Part shown: piece by piece, positions 39,195 through 48,069 of the stretch | Numbering within the stretch: position 1 is the first letter of the stretch | How the letters are laid out: every line of letters begins with the position of its first letter | DNA from: Patescibacteria group bacterium UBA4787 | GTDB taxonomy: Bacteria; Patescibacteriota; Patescibacteriia; UBA2591; UBA4787 | Direction of reading: 5' to 3' | Length of the DNA: 64,000 nucleotides | Assembly (NCBI GenBank): GCA_002402995.1 | Contig: DHGX01000003.1 | Location: 82,309 to 146,308 of the forward strand | Program-made: the position numbers and the translations under genes | Notes under the pieces: model-generated | Told to the model about the DNA's origin: nothing | Database searches by the model: none | Seen by the model: the letters and a program-made list of their open reading frames with translations, nothing else

Positions 39195-39267
39195 GGTGGC
39201 TAACGGGATTTGCACCCGTGCTGAAGGTTCCACAGACCTCCGTGCTAACTATTACACCATAGCCACC
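39195..39267 (-). tRNA. tRNA-His(GUG)
   Basis: G-GTGGCTA...GAGGT-CTGTGGA-ACCTT...ACGGG-TGCAAAT-CCCGT-TAGCCAC-C. Confidence 0.9.
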
Positions 39268-39274
39268 ATAAAAA

Positions 39275-39349
39275 TGGTACCCCCAAGAGGAATCGAACCT
39301 CTATTACCAGCTTAGAAGGCTGATGCTCTATCCGTTGAGCTATGGGGGC
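39275..39349 (-). tRNA. tRNA-Arg(UCU) with encoded CCA
   Basis: GCCCCCA TAGCTCAACGGATAGAGC A TCAGC-CTTCTAA-GCTGG TAAT AGAGG-TTCGATT-CCTCT TGGGGGT ACCA. Confidence 0.93.
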
Positions 39350-39350
39350 G

Positions 39351-40244
39351 TTACATCATTTTTCGAAGAGCAACAATTCTTTCTTCAATGGGTGGATGCG
39401 TGTTGAATAATTTCATCAAAGAGTTTCGCTTGGAACCGAAAGGATTACTGATATATAAATGAGCGGTCGCGTTTGAAGCTCGTTGCAAAGGCTGATTTTC
39501 CAACTTTATTTTTTCCAGGGCATTGGCTAGGCCAGTAGGGTAACGAGTTAATAGAGTGCCAGAAGCGTCAGCCAAAAATTCTCTTTTGCGGGAAATCGCC
39601 AATTTAATAAGTTGAGCGATTAACGGAGCCAGAATTATTAAAATTAAACCGATAATCATTAATATTCCGTTAACGCCGCCGTCCTTTTGGCTGCGGCTTC
39701 GTCCCCCGCCAAAAAATAATCCGCGAGAAAACCAATTGGACAGCAAGATAGCCGTGCCGACCAAAATAACGACCAATGTCATCAAGCGGATATCAAAATT
39801 TTTAATATGCGATAATTCATGAGCGATCACACCTTCTAATTCTTCGTTTTCCAATTTTTCGATCGCGCCGGTAGTAATAGCGATAGAAGCATGCTTTGGG
39901 TCGCGCCCAGCGGCAAAAGCGTTAATTGCGCCATCGTTTATAAGATAAACTTGGGGCGTGGGCAGGCCGGCAGTAATGCATAAATTTTCAATCATTCTAT
40001 AAACATACGGGTTGTCGTTTTTTTCTATTTTTTTCGCGCCAGCCGTAGTCAAGGCGATTTTATCGCCTGAATAATAACCGACCAACGACATCCCGATAGA
40101 AATAATCACAGCTATAATCAATCCATTATAACCATAATTGGTTAATTTTCCGAACAGCCAGCCCAAAAGCAAGATTATCATCACGAAAACAAAAATCAGA
40201 ATAAAACTTTTTCTTTTATTGCTATCAATTTGCGAATAAAGCAT
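39351..40244 (-). CDS. htpX: M48 zinc metalloprotease HtpX
   Basis: NAFAAG, EGVIAHELSH, SRKREFLAD, THPPIEERI. Confidence 0.93.
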   Translation of the reverse strand: MLYSQIDSNKRKSFILIFVFVMIILLLGWLFGKLTNYGYNGLIIAVIISIGMSLVGYYSGDKIALTTAGAKKIEKNDNPYVYRMIENLCITAGLPTPQVYLINDGAINAFAAGRDPKHASIAITTGAIEKLENEELEGVIAHELSHIKNFDIRLMTLVVILVGTAILLSNWFSRGLFFGGGRSRSQKDGGVNGILMIIGLILIILAPLIAQLIKLAISRKREFLADASGTLLTRYPTGLANALEKIKLENQPLQRASNATAHLYISNPFGSKRNSLMKLFNTHPPIEERIVALRKMM

Positions 40245-40285
40245 ATATTAGAAAATAGAAAGTAGAAAGTAGAAAATAGAATAGG

Positions 40286-40840
40286 TTAAAATTTGACTTG
40301 CGGGACGCCTTTTTCTTCTTCTTCGGCTTGAAAGAATTCTTTTTTAACGAAATTAAGCATTTTAGCGAATATATTAGTGGGAAAAACGCTAATTTTTATG
40401 TTTAGATCACGGACATTACTGTTGTAAAATCGTCTGGCTGCTTGAATCTTATTTTCTGTATCAGACAGCTCGTCTTGGAGCTTCAAGAAATTTTGGCTGG
40501 CCTTTAAGTCAGGGTAATTTTCGCTTACAGCGAACAGGGATTTTAAGGTGCTAGTTAAAATATTTTCCGCTTGAGATTTGTCCTGGATTGTTTGCGCTTG
40601 CATAGCTTGGCTGCGAGCCAAGGTCACTTTTTCAAAAACATCTTTTTCGTGTTGGGCATAACCTTTGACTGTTTCAATTAAATTAGGGATTAGATCATAC
40701 CTTCTTTTTAATTGAACATCAATATCGGACCAGGATTCTTCGGTTCTAATTTTTGACCTCACCAGACTATTATAAATGGAAATAACCCACAAAAGAAATA
40801 GAACAATAACACTTAGCACAACATAAAGCACGGTAGACAT
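40286..40840 (-). CDS. lemA: LemA family protein
   Basis: WSDIDVQLKRRYDLIPNL, ENYPDLKASQNF, ENKIQAARRFYN; start at ATG 40840. Confidence 0.95.
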   Translation of the reverse strand: MSTVLYVVLSVIVLFLLWVISIYNSLVRSKIRTEESWSDIDVQLKRRYDLIPNLIETVKGYAQHEKDVFEKVTLARSQAMQAQTIQDKSQAENILTSTLKSLFAVSENYPDLKASQNFLKLQDELSDTENKIQAARRFYNSNVRDLNIKISVFPTNIFAKMLNFVKKEFFQAEEEEKGVPQVKF

Positions 40841-40903
40841 AGATTTTACAATTAATAAATTAAACACAATTTTAAATTTTATCCCAAAAAACCGATTTGT
40901 CAA

Positions 40904-40971
40904 CCCCGTAGAATAATTTTGAGTTTAAGGCAAAGCCTTAAAAAGATATTTTCTCAAAATTCTCTACGGGG
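40904..40971. mobile_element. 68-bp TIR element abutting the lemA -35 box
   Basis: TGTCAA-CCCCGTAGAATAATTTTGAG...CTCAAAATTCTCTACGGGG-CTTCGT. Confidence 0.7.
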
Positions 40972-40979
40972 CTTCGTCC

Positions 40980-41903
40980 CTATTTTCTTTTTTTGTCGTG
41001 AAACTTCCCGTAGATTTCTCTTAAGTGTTGATCGGTAATGTGCGTATAGATCTGGGTAGTGGTGATTGAGGCGTGCCCCAACATACTTTGAACCGATCTC
41101 AGGTCAGCTCCGCCGGCCAGCAAGTCCGTGGCAAAAGTGTGGCGCAAGGTATGCGTGGTGATTTTTTTGGTAATACCGGCGATGCGGCTATATCTTTTTA
41201 CTAGTCTTTGGATGCTACGCGGAGTTAAGCCTTTTTCTTGGTCTTTTTTCCCGGCGCGGTCGTGGCGGACAAAAAGATAGGGACAGGTATCGCTTCGTCC
41301 GTCTAAATATTTTTTAAGCCAATACTTGGCTTGATTAGAAAGAAAAACCACGCGCCACTTACTGCCCTTGCCAAGCACAGCGAATTCGTCTTTTTGTAAA
41401 TTAACGTCGTCAATTTTTAGGCTAGCTATTTCAGAGACGCGCGTACCGGTAGAAAACAGCAATTCAATAAGAGCTTTATCGCGAGTTTTGATAATTTCCG
41501 GCTCCTTGCTGTCCAAAGGAGCTTGGAGGAAATTTTCTAACTCTTTGCCTTCTAAGAAGAAAATTTGTCGTTCGCCGGTTTTGGCTAGTTCAATTTTTTC
41601 CGGCGCGAGAGACGGCACATCGTTTTTTGCCAGCCAACGCAAAAAGGTGCGCATGGCGATAAGGTGGTAATTCTGGGTGGATGGGCTGATAAACCCGCCA
41701 CGCGGATTATTTTGACGCGAAAGCCAAAGGCGAAATTGGCGAATTTTATCCAAAGTAATTTCTTGGGGCTTATCTATTCGCGCCCAAGCAAAAAATCTTT
41801 TCAGATAAAAACTATAATTGCGGCTGGTTAGGGGAGAACGGCCTTTTTCAATTTCTACATACTCAAGAAATTCCGTGAGTAATTGTGATAGATCTTTAGC
41901 CAT
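40980..41903 (-). CDS. XerC/XerD-like tyrosine recombinase
   Basis: RDKALIELLFSTGTRVSE, GKGSKWR, HTLRHTFAT, LGHASITTTQIYTH; start at ATG 41903. Confidence 0.92.
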   Translation of the reverse strand: MAKDLSQLLTEFLEYVEIEKGRSPLTSRNYSFYLKRFFAWARIDKPQEITLDKIRQFRLWLSRQNNPRGGFISPSTQNYHLIAMRTFLRWLAKNDVPSLAPEKIELAKTGERQIFFLEGKELENFLQAPLDSKEPEIIKTRDKALIELLFSTGTRVSEIASLKIDDVNLQKDEFAVLGKGSKWRVVFLSNQAKYWLKKYLDGRSDTCPYLFVRHDRAGKKDQEKGLTPRSIQRLVKRYSRIAGITKKITTHTLRHTFATDLLAGGADLRSVQSMLGHASITTTQIYTHITDQHLREIYGKFHDKKRK

Positions 41904-41953
41904 AATTATTTCATTATACGACACATAGCTTGAATAGTCAATTAAATTAGATC

Positions 41954-42022
41954 TTGACAAAACTTCAAAGATCTGCTATAATCTACATAATGATTCAGTT
42001 CTTTAATATAATTTCTATAAGG
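41954..42022 (+). promoter_or_regulatory. Consensus sigma70 promoter + boxA-like motif + SD
   Basis: TTGACA-17-TATAAT, AGTTCTTTAA(41997-42006), AAGGA. Confidence 0.8.
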
Positions 42023-42030
42023 AAAAAAGA

Positions 42031-42504
42031 ATGATAATCCAGCTAGACCCGACCGCCATACTCTACGACAAGAAATTCCAGCTCATGTGTCGATGCCCAT
42101 ATTATAAGCATCCGCATGGTTGTCCGAATTACGGAAAAAAGGCCGGATGTCCTCCGAATCAGCCGCTGATCAACGAGGTTTTTGATTTCGATCGAAGAAT
42201 CTACGTGATTTACACCGAGTTCGACATTGGCGCGCATGCCGATCGAATGCAGAGGCTTCATCCGCAATGGAGCGATCACCAAACCTACTGCGTGCTTTAT
42301 TGGCAGCCAAGAGCCAGGATTTTCCAGCGGCAAGAGGAAGCGAGGGCGCTCAAAGAGTATAATTTAGATTATATTTGTCGTTCGCCTGAAGCGCACGGTA
42401 TCAACATTACTGCATTGATGGCTCGTCTGGGTGTTGTGTTAGAATGGCCGCCCAGGAAAATCACCCGTCTCGTATCTTTGGGGGGTTGTAAAATACACAA
42501 TTGA
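42031..42504 (+). CDS. DUF2284-like metal-binding protein (cassette gene)
   Basis: C...GCPNYGKKAGCPP and SPEAHGINI motifs; terminator at 42504-42535. Confidence 0.7.
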   Translation: MIIQLDPTAILYDKKFQLMCRCPYYKHPHGCPNYGKKAGCPPNQPLINEVFDFDRRIYVIYTEFDIGAHADRMQRLHPQWSDHQTYCVLYWQPRARIFQRQEEARALKEYNLDYICRSPEAHGINITALMARLGVVLEWPPRKITRLVSLGGCKIHN

Positions 42505-42614
42505 AAGCCGTCACTAAAATAAGTGGCGGCTTTTTATAATTATCCCTTGCTATTATTTTTTATTTATGTTAATATGATTTAATCTTGCTTACAGTAATAA
42601 AATAAAAGTAAATT

Positions 42615-42875
42615 ATGTTGAAGAAGGACGATAAAAATAAAATTTTAAACGAATTTAAAATTCATCCCACTGATACCGGTTCAACCGAAGTCCAAGTCGG
42701 TCTTTTGACTAAAGAAATCAAGGAGCTAACCAAGCATCTGCAAACCCATAAACACGATTTTTCTTCTCGCCGAGGATTGCTAAGGAAAGTGGGGAAACGA
42801 AGACAACTGCTTCGCTATATACAGCAAGTAAATCCCAAAAGGTACGAGAAAGTAGCCAGCAAGCTAAAAGTATAA
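42615..42875 (+). CDS. rpsO: 30S ribosomal protein S15
   Basis: DTGSTEVQV, HKHDFSSRRGLLRKVGKRRQLLRY. Confidence 0.97.
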   Translation: MLKKDDKNKILNEFKIHPTDTGSTEVQVGLLTKEIKELTKHLQTHKHDFSSRRGLLRKVGKRRQLLRYIQQVNPKRYEKVASKLKV

Positions 42876-42886
42876 ATTTATATATG

Positions 42887-43213
42887 CCGGGTAGTGAAAA
42901 TTCGATAGCTTGACGATTATGTTCTATTATGTTTATGTTTTGCAAAGTTTAAAAAATGATACATTATATATAGGCTTTACTGAAAATCTCAAAAAGAGAT
43001 TTCAAGAACATAATCGTGGCCTTAATTTTTCCACCAAAACGTTCAAGCCATGGAAATTGATTCATTACGAGGCTTATCTCAATGAAAAAGACGCCCGCCG
43101 CAGAGAAAAATATCTAAAAACCAGCCAAGGTTCACGCCTGTTGAAACGCATGCTCAAAGAATATTTTTACAACAATAAATTAAAATATATTTAATCGAAT
43201 TTCTACTACCCGG
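42887..43213 (+). mobile_element. 327-bp TIR element carrying a GIY-YIG gene (putative autonomous copy)
   Basis: TATG-CCGGGTAGTGAAAATTCGAT...ATCGAATTTCTACTACCCGG-TATG; the second ATG starts the NYN gene. Confidence 0.88.
42919..43194 (+). CDS. Small GIY-YIG nuclease
   Basis: MFYYVYVLQS...LYIGFTENLKKRFQEHN...YEAYLNEKDARRREKYLKT. Confidence 0.92.
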   Translation: MFYYVYVLQSLKNDTLYIGFTENLKKRFQEHNRGLNFSTKTFKPWKLIHYEAYLNEKDARRREKYLKTSQGSRLLKRMLKEYFYNNKLKYI

Positions 43214-43214
43214 T

Positions 43215-43724
43215 ATGAGTGTTTACCAAAATCAGCGTGTCGGACTCTTCGTAGATGTCCAGAACATGTATCATTCGGCGAAAAATCTTTATCGCGCCAA
43301 TGTCAATTTCAGAAAAATTTTAGAAGAGGCGGTCGGCGATCGCCAACTTATTCGAGCGATTGCTTATGTTATACATTCGCCCAGCGAAGAAGAACAAACT
43401 TTTTTCGAGTCTTTGGAGCGACAAGGTTTTGAATTAAAGATAAAAGATCTGCAAATTTTCTCCGGTGGCATGAAAAAGGCCGATTGGGATGTGGGTTTGG
43501 CGGTTGATGCCATTAAATTGGCTGATAAGCTGGACGCGGTTGTTCTTATCTCCGGCGATGGTGATTATGTGCCCTTGGTCAATTACCTTAAAGAGAATAA
43601 AGGATGTTTTGTTAAGGTAATGGCTTTTGGCAAAACTACTTCGGCTAAGCTTATTGAAGCAGCTGACGATTTTGTTGATCTGGGCCAAGAAAAAAGGAAA
43701 TTTCTATTTATTAGTAGAAAATAA
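43215..43724 (+). CDS. NYN/LabA (PIN-like) domain protein
   Basis: FVDVQNMY, KADWDVGLAVD, SGDGDYVPL, ADDFVDL. Confidence 0.92.
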   Translation: MSVYQNQRVGLFVDVQNMYHSAKNLYRANVNFRKILEEAVGDRQLIRAIAYVIHSPSEEEQTFFESLERQGFELKIKDLQIFSGGMKKADWDVGLAVDAIKLADKLDAVVLISGDGDYVPLVNYLKENKGCFVKVMAFGKTTSAKLIEAADDFVDLGQEKRKFLFISRK

Positions 43725-43729
43725 TTATG

Positions 43730-43866
43730 CCCCGTAATACAACTTCGATGGGGCCGACTCTGGTCGGCCCAGAAAAATCTGGGAAAATTTTGTTGGTTAG
43801 ATTTATAAACATAAATATTTACTAAGATCCAAAAGGTTATTAAAATATCGAAGATGATATACGGGG
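43730..43866 (+). mobile_element. 137-bp TIR element, first of a tandem pair
   Basis: TATG-CCCCGTAATACAACTTC...GAAGATGATATACGGGG-TATG. Confidence 0.85.
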
Positions 43867-43870
43867 TATG

Positions 43871-44092
43871 CCCCGTAATACAACTTCCAGCGCATTTTTA
43901 GAGAGTTATTTTTTCCCCACCACATTTTATCGCTATTCCAGTTTATCTATTTCGTAGGTTGCCTTGCTGGGTAAATGCCAAACGCCAAAAACGTTATTTA
44001 AACAATATTAAGGAATACCAATTCCTTGATCTAAACTTCCAAGATACAAATGTCATTAAAAGGCGTTTGGCTCTGGAAGATGATATACGGGG
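43871..44092 (+). mobile_element. 222-bp TIR element, second of the pair, on the kinase-like gene start
   Basis: Same ends as 43730-43866 with a different interior; followed by TATG (ATG 44094). Confidence 0.85.
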
Positions 44093-44093
44093 T

Positions 44094-44879
44094 ATGTCCG
44101 AAAAAGAGAAGGTTGTCTTTTCTCCTGAAAAAGAAGGTAAAAAAGAATTAATTTTCGACCAAAAGGAAACAATTCTAAAGAGCGCGGAGATTGACGGCGA
44201 ACCCAGGCGAGTGCAGGGAAGCAACGAAGTTTTTTATATAAAACTGGCTTCGCCGGAAGTGGCCGGCGCTATTTTTAAACCAGCGAGTGGCGAAGTAGAT
44301 TTTCCGGAGCTCGGTTATTGGTACGGCGATTATTATAAAAGAGAGCGCGCCGCTTATTTAGTGGATCGCTTTTTTAGTTTTAATTTAATTCCGCCTACGG
44401 TGATTCGTGAGATTAGCGGCGAAATCGGCTCTTTGCAAGAATATATTCCTATTCACCGAGCTGGGTGGCAGATTGAGAGCTTGTCCGACTTGGTCGCCAT
44501 AAATGAACAAGACTTCACTAAAATGGCAGTTTTAGATTTTATTATCTGGAATACAGGCCGGTCTTTGCCGAATATATTTATAGTGGATCAAAATAAACAA
44601 GAAAGATTAATCTGCATAGATAATAGTTTAAGTTTTCGCAAAGGTACGGTTCTGCGGGCCGAAGGCACAGACAAACTCCTTTCTTTAAAAGAAATACCCG
44701 AAGAAATTATTAATAACATAGAGAAGGCCTTTTCCAACAGAGAAAATTTAGAAATTTTGAGAAATATGTTAAATGAATTGCTCAAGTCGGAAGAAATAGA
44801 TAATTTTTTCGACCGCATAGAACGAGTAATGTATAAAAAAAGAATCACCGACGAAGATATCGCGGATTTTAGTTATTAA
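44094..44879 (+). CDS. PI3/PI4-kinase-like (HipA-like fold) protein, catalytic Asp apparently substituted
   Basis: AIFKP..GE, RERAAYLVD, PPTVIRE..G..GSLQEYI, LDFIIWNTGR...N, IDNSLSF. Confidence 0.75.
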   Translation: MSEKEKVVFSPEKEGKKELIFDQKETILKSAEIDGEPRRVQGSNEVFYIKLASPEVAGAIFKPASGEVDFPELGYWYGDYYKRERAAYLVDRFFSFNLIPPTVIREISGEIGSLQEYIPIHRAGWQIESLSDLVAINEQDFTKMAVLDFIIWNTGRSLPNIFIVDQNKQERLICIDNSLSFRKGTVLRAEGTDKLLSLKEIPEEIINNIEKAFSNRENLEILRNMLNELLKSEEIDNFFDRIERVMYKKRITDEDIADFSY

Positions 44880-44899
44880 TTAAAATAATTCACGAAAAG

Positions 44900-45157
44900 A
44901 TGTATTTTGTTGAAATTTTCAAATTAGAAAGCAACGCCTCGCAATCATTGCTGGCCAATTGTTTTTTGGAAAACGGGTCGATTAACTTTAAGGGCGATGA
45001 AAAATTTATTGAGTCTTTGAGGCAAAACGGGATTACTGATTATTCTTCAGTTGATAAGAATAAATTATTTCCTATAGATGGTTTAAAATTTTTAGAACAA
45101 TTAAAGTATAATTTTCGTTCGGGCTATTTGAACGCCACGGACATTAAAGAGATATAA
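44900..45157 (+). CDS. Small hypothetical protein downstream of the kinase-like gene
   Basis: 85-aa ORF tightly spaced between the kinase-like gene and pnp. Confidence 0.7.
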   Translation: MYFVEIFKLESNASQSLLANCFLENGSINFKGDEKFIESLRQNGITDYSSVDKNKLFPIDGLKFLEQLKYNFRSGYLNATDIKEI

Positions 45158-45161
45158 ATCT

Positions 45162-47435
45162 ATGTTAAAACAATTTGAGACAGAATTTAATGGCAGGAAG
45201 TTAATCGTTAAAACCGGCGAATGGGTTGGCCAAGCTAATGGCGCTTGCACGGTCCAATACGGCGAAACGGTTGTTTTAGCCACGGCCGTGATGGGGAAAG
45301 AAGATCGCGAAGGCGTAGACTTTCTTCCTTTAACCGTAGAATATGAAGAGCGTTTTTACGCAGCCGGAAAAATAAAAGGTTCAAAGTTTATTAAACGCGA
45401 AACTCGGCCGCCAGACGAAGCTATTTTAGCTGGTCGTTTAATCGACAGGCCTATCCGTCCTTTATTCAATCAAGAAACGCGCCGCGAGATTCAGGTTGTC
45501 AATACCGTTCTTTCTTTGGATCAGGAGAACGATCCTGATATTATTGCTTTATACGCGACGAGTTGCGCTTTAGCGATCTCTGATATCCCTTGGGAAGGGC
45601 CGGTGGTCGGCGTGCGCGTTGGCCGCGTTGACGGGCAATTAATTATTAATCCGACTTATGCCCAGCGCCTTACCAGCGATTTAGATTTGGTGGTGGCCGG
45701 AACCGGCGATAGGATTTTAATGCTTGAAGCCGGCGCCAAGGAAATTCCCGAAGATCAAATGTACGAGGCGATGGACGCAACTAGGAAAGAAATAAAACAA
45801 TTAATGGAATTCTTTAATAAAATACGAAAAGAAATAGGAAAAACTAAAGCCGTGATAGAGAAAAAAACAGATGAATCTTCGCCAACTGACGAGGAATTAA
45901 AAAAGTTGGCGGAAGATTTTGTGGAAGAGCGCGGAGACGATTATTTATTTAAGACATTCTTAAAAGTAAAAGAGCAGCGGACTGGCGCGGCCGAGGCCTT
46001 AAGCCACAAGATAGACGAGATGTTGTTAGAAAAAGGTGTTGGCAAAGATCGCCGCGGCAAAATTTATAACTATGTTCATAGTCTTATTTATAAAGCGGTT
46101 GGCCGGAAAATTCTAGAGAAAGGCCAGCGCATCGACGGCCGCGCCTTAGACGAGATTAGGCCTTTGGCTACAGCGGTTCATGTTTTACCGCGTCCGCACG
46201 GTTCAGCGGTATTTTCCCGCGGCGAAACGCAAGTTCTGGCAACTGTTACCTTGGGCGCGCCCGGTATGGAGCAATATTTAGACACTATGGAAGAAAGCGG
46301 CCGCAAGCGTTTTATGCATCATTATAATTTTCCGCCTTATTGCAGCGGAGAAGTTAAACCATTAAGGCAAACCGGCAGGCGAGAAACAGGCCACGGCGCT
46401 TTGGTGGAAAGGGGTATCGCCGCCATTATTCCGGACCAAGACATTTTTCCTTATACTATTAGAGTCGTATCCGAAGTTTTATCTTCAAACGGTTCGACTT
46501 CAATGGCTTCTTGTTGCGCTTCGATGCTATCTTTGATGGACGCGGGCGTGCCGGTTAAAAATATCGTAGCCGGCGTGGCCATCGGTTTAGCTTCGGAAGA
46601 AGTAGACAAGGAAATGAAGCGTTATAAAGTTTTTACCGACTTGCAAGACCTGGAAGACGGTCCGGGCGGTATGGACTTTAAGGTAATCGGTTCCAATAAA
46701 GGCATTACCGCGATTCAAATGGATACTAAAACTTACGGCCTGACTTTTGATATTATCCGCGACGCGTTATCAGCGGCTAAAAAAGGCAGAGAAGATATTT
46801 TAGGAATTATTACCGCCGAATTAGCGGCTCCGCGAGCGGAACTGTCTACTTATGCGCCGAGAATCATTTCCTTTAAAATTGATATTGAAAAAATTCGCGA
46901 AGTTATCGGTCCGGGCGGTAAGGTTATTAATGGTATTATCGCTAAAACCGGCGCCACGATTGATATTGCTCAAGACGGCACGGTGGCAGTAACTTCTACG
47001 AATGGCGAGGGTATGGAAAAAGCCATTAATATGATTAAAGATATCGTGCGGGAAGTTGAAGTAGGGGAAGAATTTGAAGGCACGGTTACGAGAATACTTG
47101 ATTTCGGCGCTTTTGTGGAATTGATTCCCGGCACCGAAGGTATGGTTCATGTTTCGCAAATGGCCGCTGGCCGCACCGAACACCCGTCAGATGTTATGAA
47201 AATAGGCGACAAGGTCAAAGTCAAAGTTATTGAAAAAGACGAGAAGGGCAGAATCAATCTTTCAATGCGCGCTTTAATGAAAGACGAAAGCGGCAATCCT
47301 TTGCCGGAATTGCCGGCTCGCCCCGCAAGATCAAGTTTCGGCGGCGGGAGACCCCGTTTTGGCAGCCGAGGCGGCGATGATCGTGGCGGTAGTCGTGGCG
47401 GATTTCGGCCGCACCGAAAATCTTTTAATGACTAA
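45162..47435 (+). CDS. pnp: Polyribonucleotide nucleotidyltransferase
   Basis: DFLPLTVEYEER, RLIDRPIRPLF, FSRGETQ, SNGSTSMAS, MDFKV, KH and S1 domains. Confidence 0.98.
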   Translation: MLKQFETEFNGRKLIVKTGEWVGQANGACTVQYGETVVLATAVMGKEDREGVDFLPLTVEYEERFYAAGKIKGSKFIKRETRPPDEAILAGRLIDRPIRPLFNQETRREIQVVNTVLSLDQENDPDIIALYATSCALAISDIPWEGPVVGVRVGRVDGQLIINPTYAQRLTSDLDLVVAGTGDRILMLEAGAKEIPEDQMYEAMDATRKEIKQLMEFFNKIRKEIGKTKAVIEKKTDESSPTDEELKKLAEDFVEERGDDYLFKTFLKVKEQRTGAAEALSHKIDEMLLEKGVGKDRRGKIYNYVHSLIYKAVGRKILEKGQRIDGRALDEIRPLATAVHVLPRPHGSAVFSRGETQVLATVTLGAPGMEQYLDTMEESGRKRFMHHYNFPPYCSGEVKPLRQTGRRETGHGALVERGIAAIIPDQDIFPYTIRVVSEVLSSNGSTSMASCCASMLSLMDAGVPVKNIVAGVAIGLASEEVDKEMKRYKVFTDLQDLEDGPGGMDFKVIGSNKGITAIQMDTKTYGLTFDIIRDALSAAKKGREDILGIITAELAAPRAELSTYAPRIISFKIDIEKIREVIGPGGKVINGIIAKTGATIDIAQDGTVAVTSTNGEGMEKAINMIKDIVREVEVGEEFEGTVTRILDFGAFVELIPGTEGMVHVSQMAAGRTEHPSDVMKIGDKVKVKVIEKDEKGRINLSMRALMKDESGNPLPELPARPARSSFGGGRPRFGSRGGDDRGGSRGGFRPHRKSFND

Positions 47436-47449
47436 ATCTCGAAGCGAGA

Positions 47450-47581
47450 AGCATGAATTACGAGAAAATAGTCCCGATTAGTACAAAAACTAAAAGTTTT
47501 TGTTTACTAATCGAGGATCCACGATTTTGGAGCCATCGCAAAGCGATGGACAAAATCGGGAAAAGTAGTAAGTAGAAAGTA
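47450..47581 (+). repeat. 132-bp exact repeat, also at 52790-52921
   Basis: Base-for-base identical; two nested hairpins TCCCGATTAG..CTAATCGAGGA and TCCACGATTTTG..CAAAATCGGGA. Confidence 0.92.
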
Positions 47582-47766
47582 GAATCCGCTCAGTTTACCC
47601 CGTAGCGACGCGTAGTGTCTGCTATTCGGGGCTGGCGGAGTAGGCGAGTAATTCCAAAATTCCCAGCCCAAGGCTGGTCCGCCTCTGGCGGAAAAAATAA
47701 ATTTTTACTGCAGGGATAGAAAAAGGACACAGATTTTTTCTGTGCCCTTTTTTGTTTTGGCGATTA

Positions 47767-47979
47767 TTAACGACTATTCCGACTCCCGATGATGAAGTAG
47801 ATGATACCGACGATAATACCACCGACAATACCGCCAACAACATTACCGACAATACCGCCAACAACATTACCAACAACACTACAGGCGATGATGCCGATGA
47901 TGCCGAGGATGATGCCGATGATGCCGCCACGGACGATCTGGACGAATAAGACCAGGGTGATGTAGTCGATAAGGTTCAT
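47767..47979 (-). CDS. Small hydrophobic Gly-zipper-like protein (cassette gene)
   Basis: GGIIGIILGIIG and VVGNVVGGI repeats; leader TTGACA-17-TACAAT, AGTTCTTTAA, GGAG; shared terminator downstream. Confidence 0.65.
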   Translation of the reverse strand: MNLIDYITLVLFVQIVRGGIIGIILGIIGIIACSVVGNVVGGIVGNVVGGIVGGIIVGIIYFIIGSRNSR

Positions 47980-48069
47980 GGAAGTTTTCTCCGTTTGTTG
48001 TTATTTAAAGAACTGTTAATGCTTGATTTGATTTAAGATAATTGTAATAAATTTTGACGATTTTGTCAA

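Noticed and set aside
40980-41903. Integron integrase driving the cassette genes
   Set aside because: Looks like an ordinary Xer-type enzyme; no IntI-specific insertion or attC (RYYYAAC...GTTRRRY) sites were recognised.
47752-47949. Asp/Asn/Thr-rich plus-strand ORF and the 47622-47930 minus-strand ORF
   Set aside because: Alternative frames of the repeat; promoter, SD and terminator support 47767-47979 (-).
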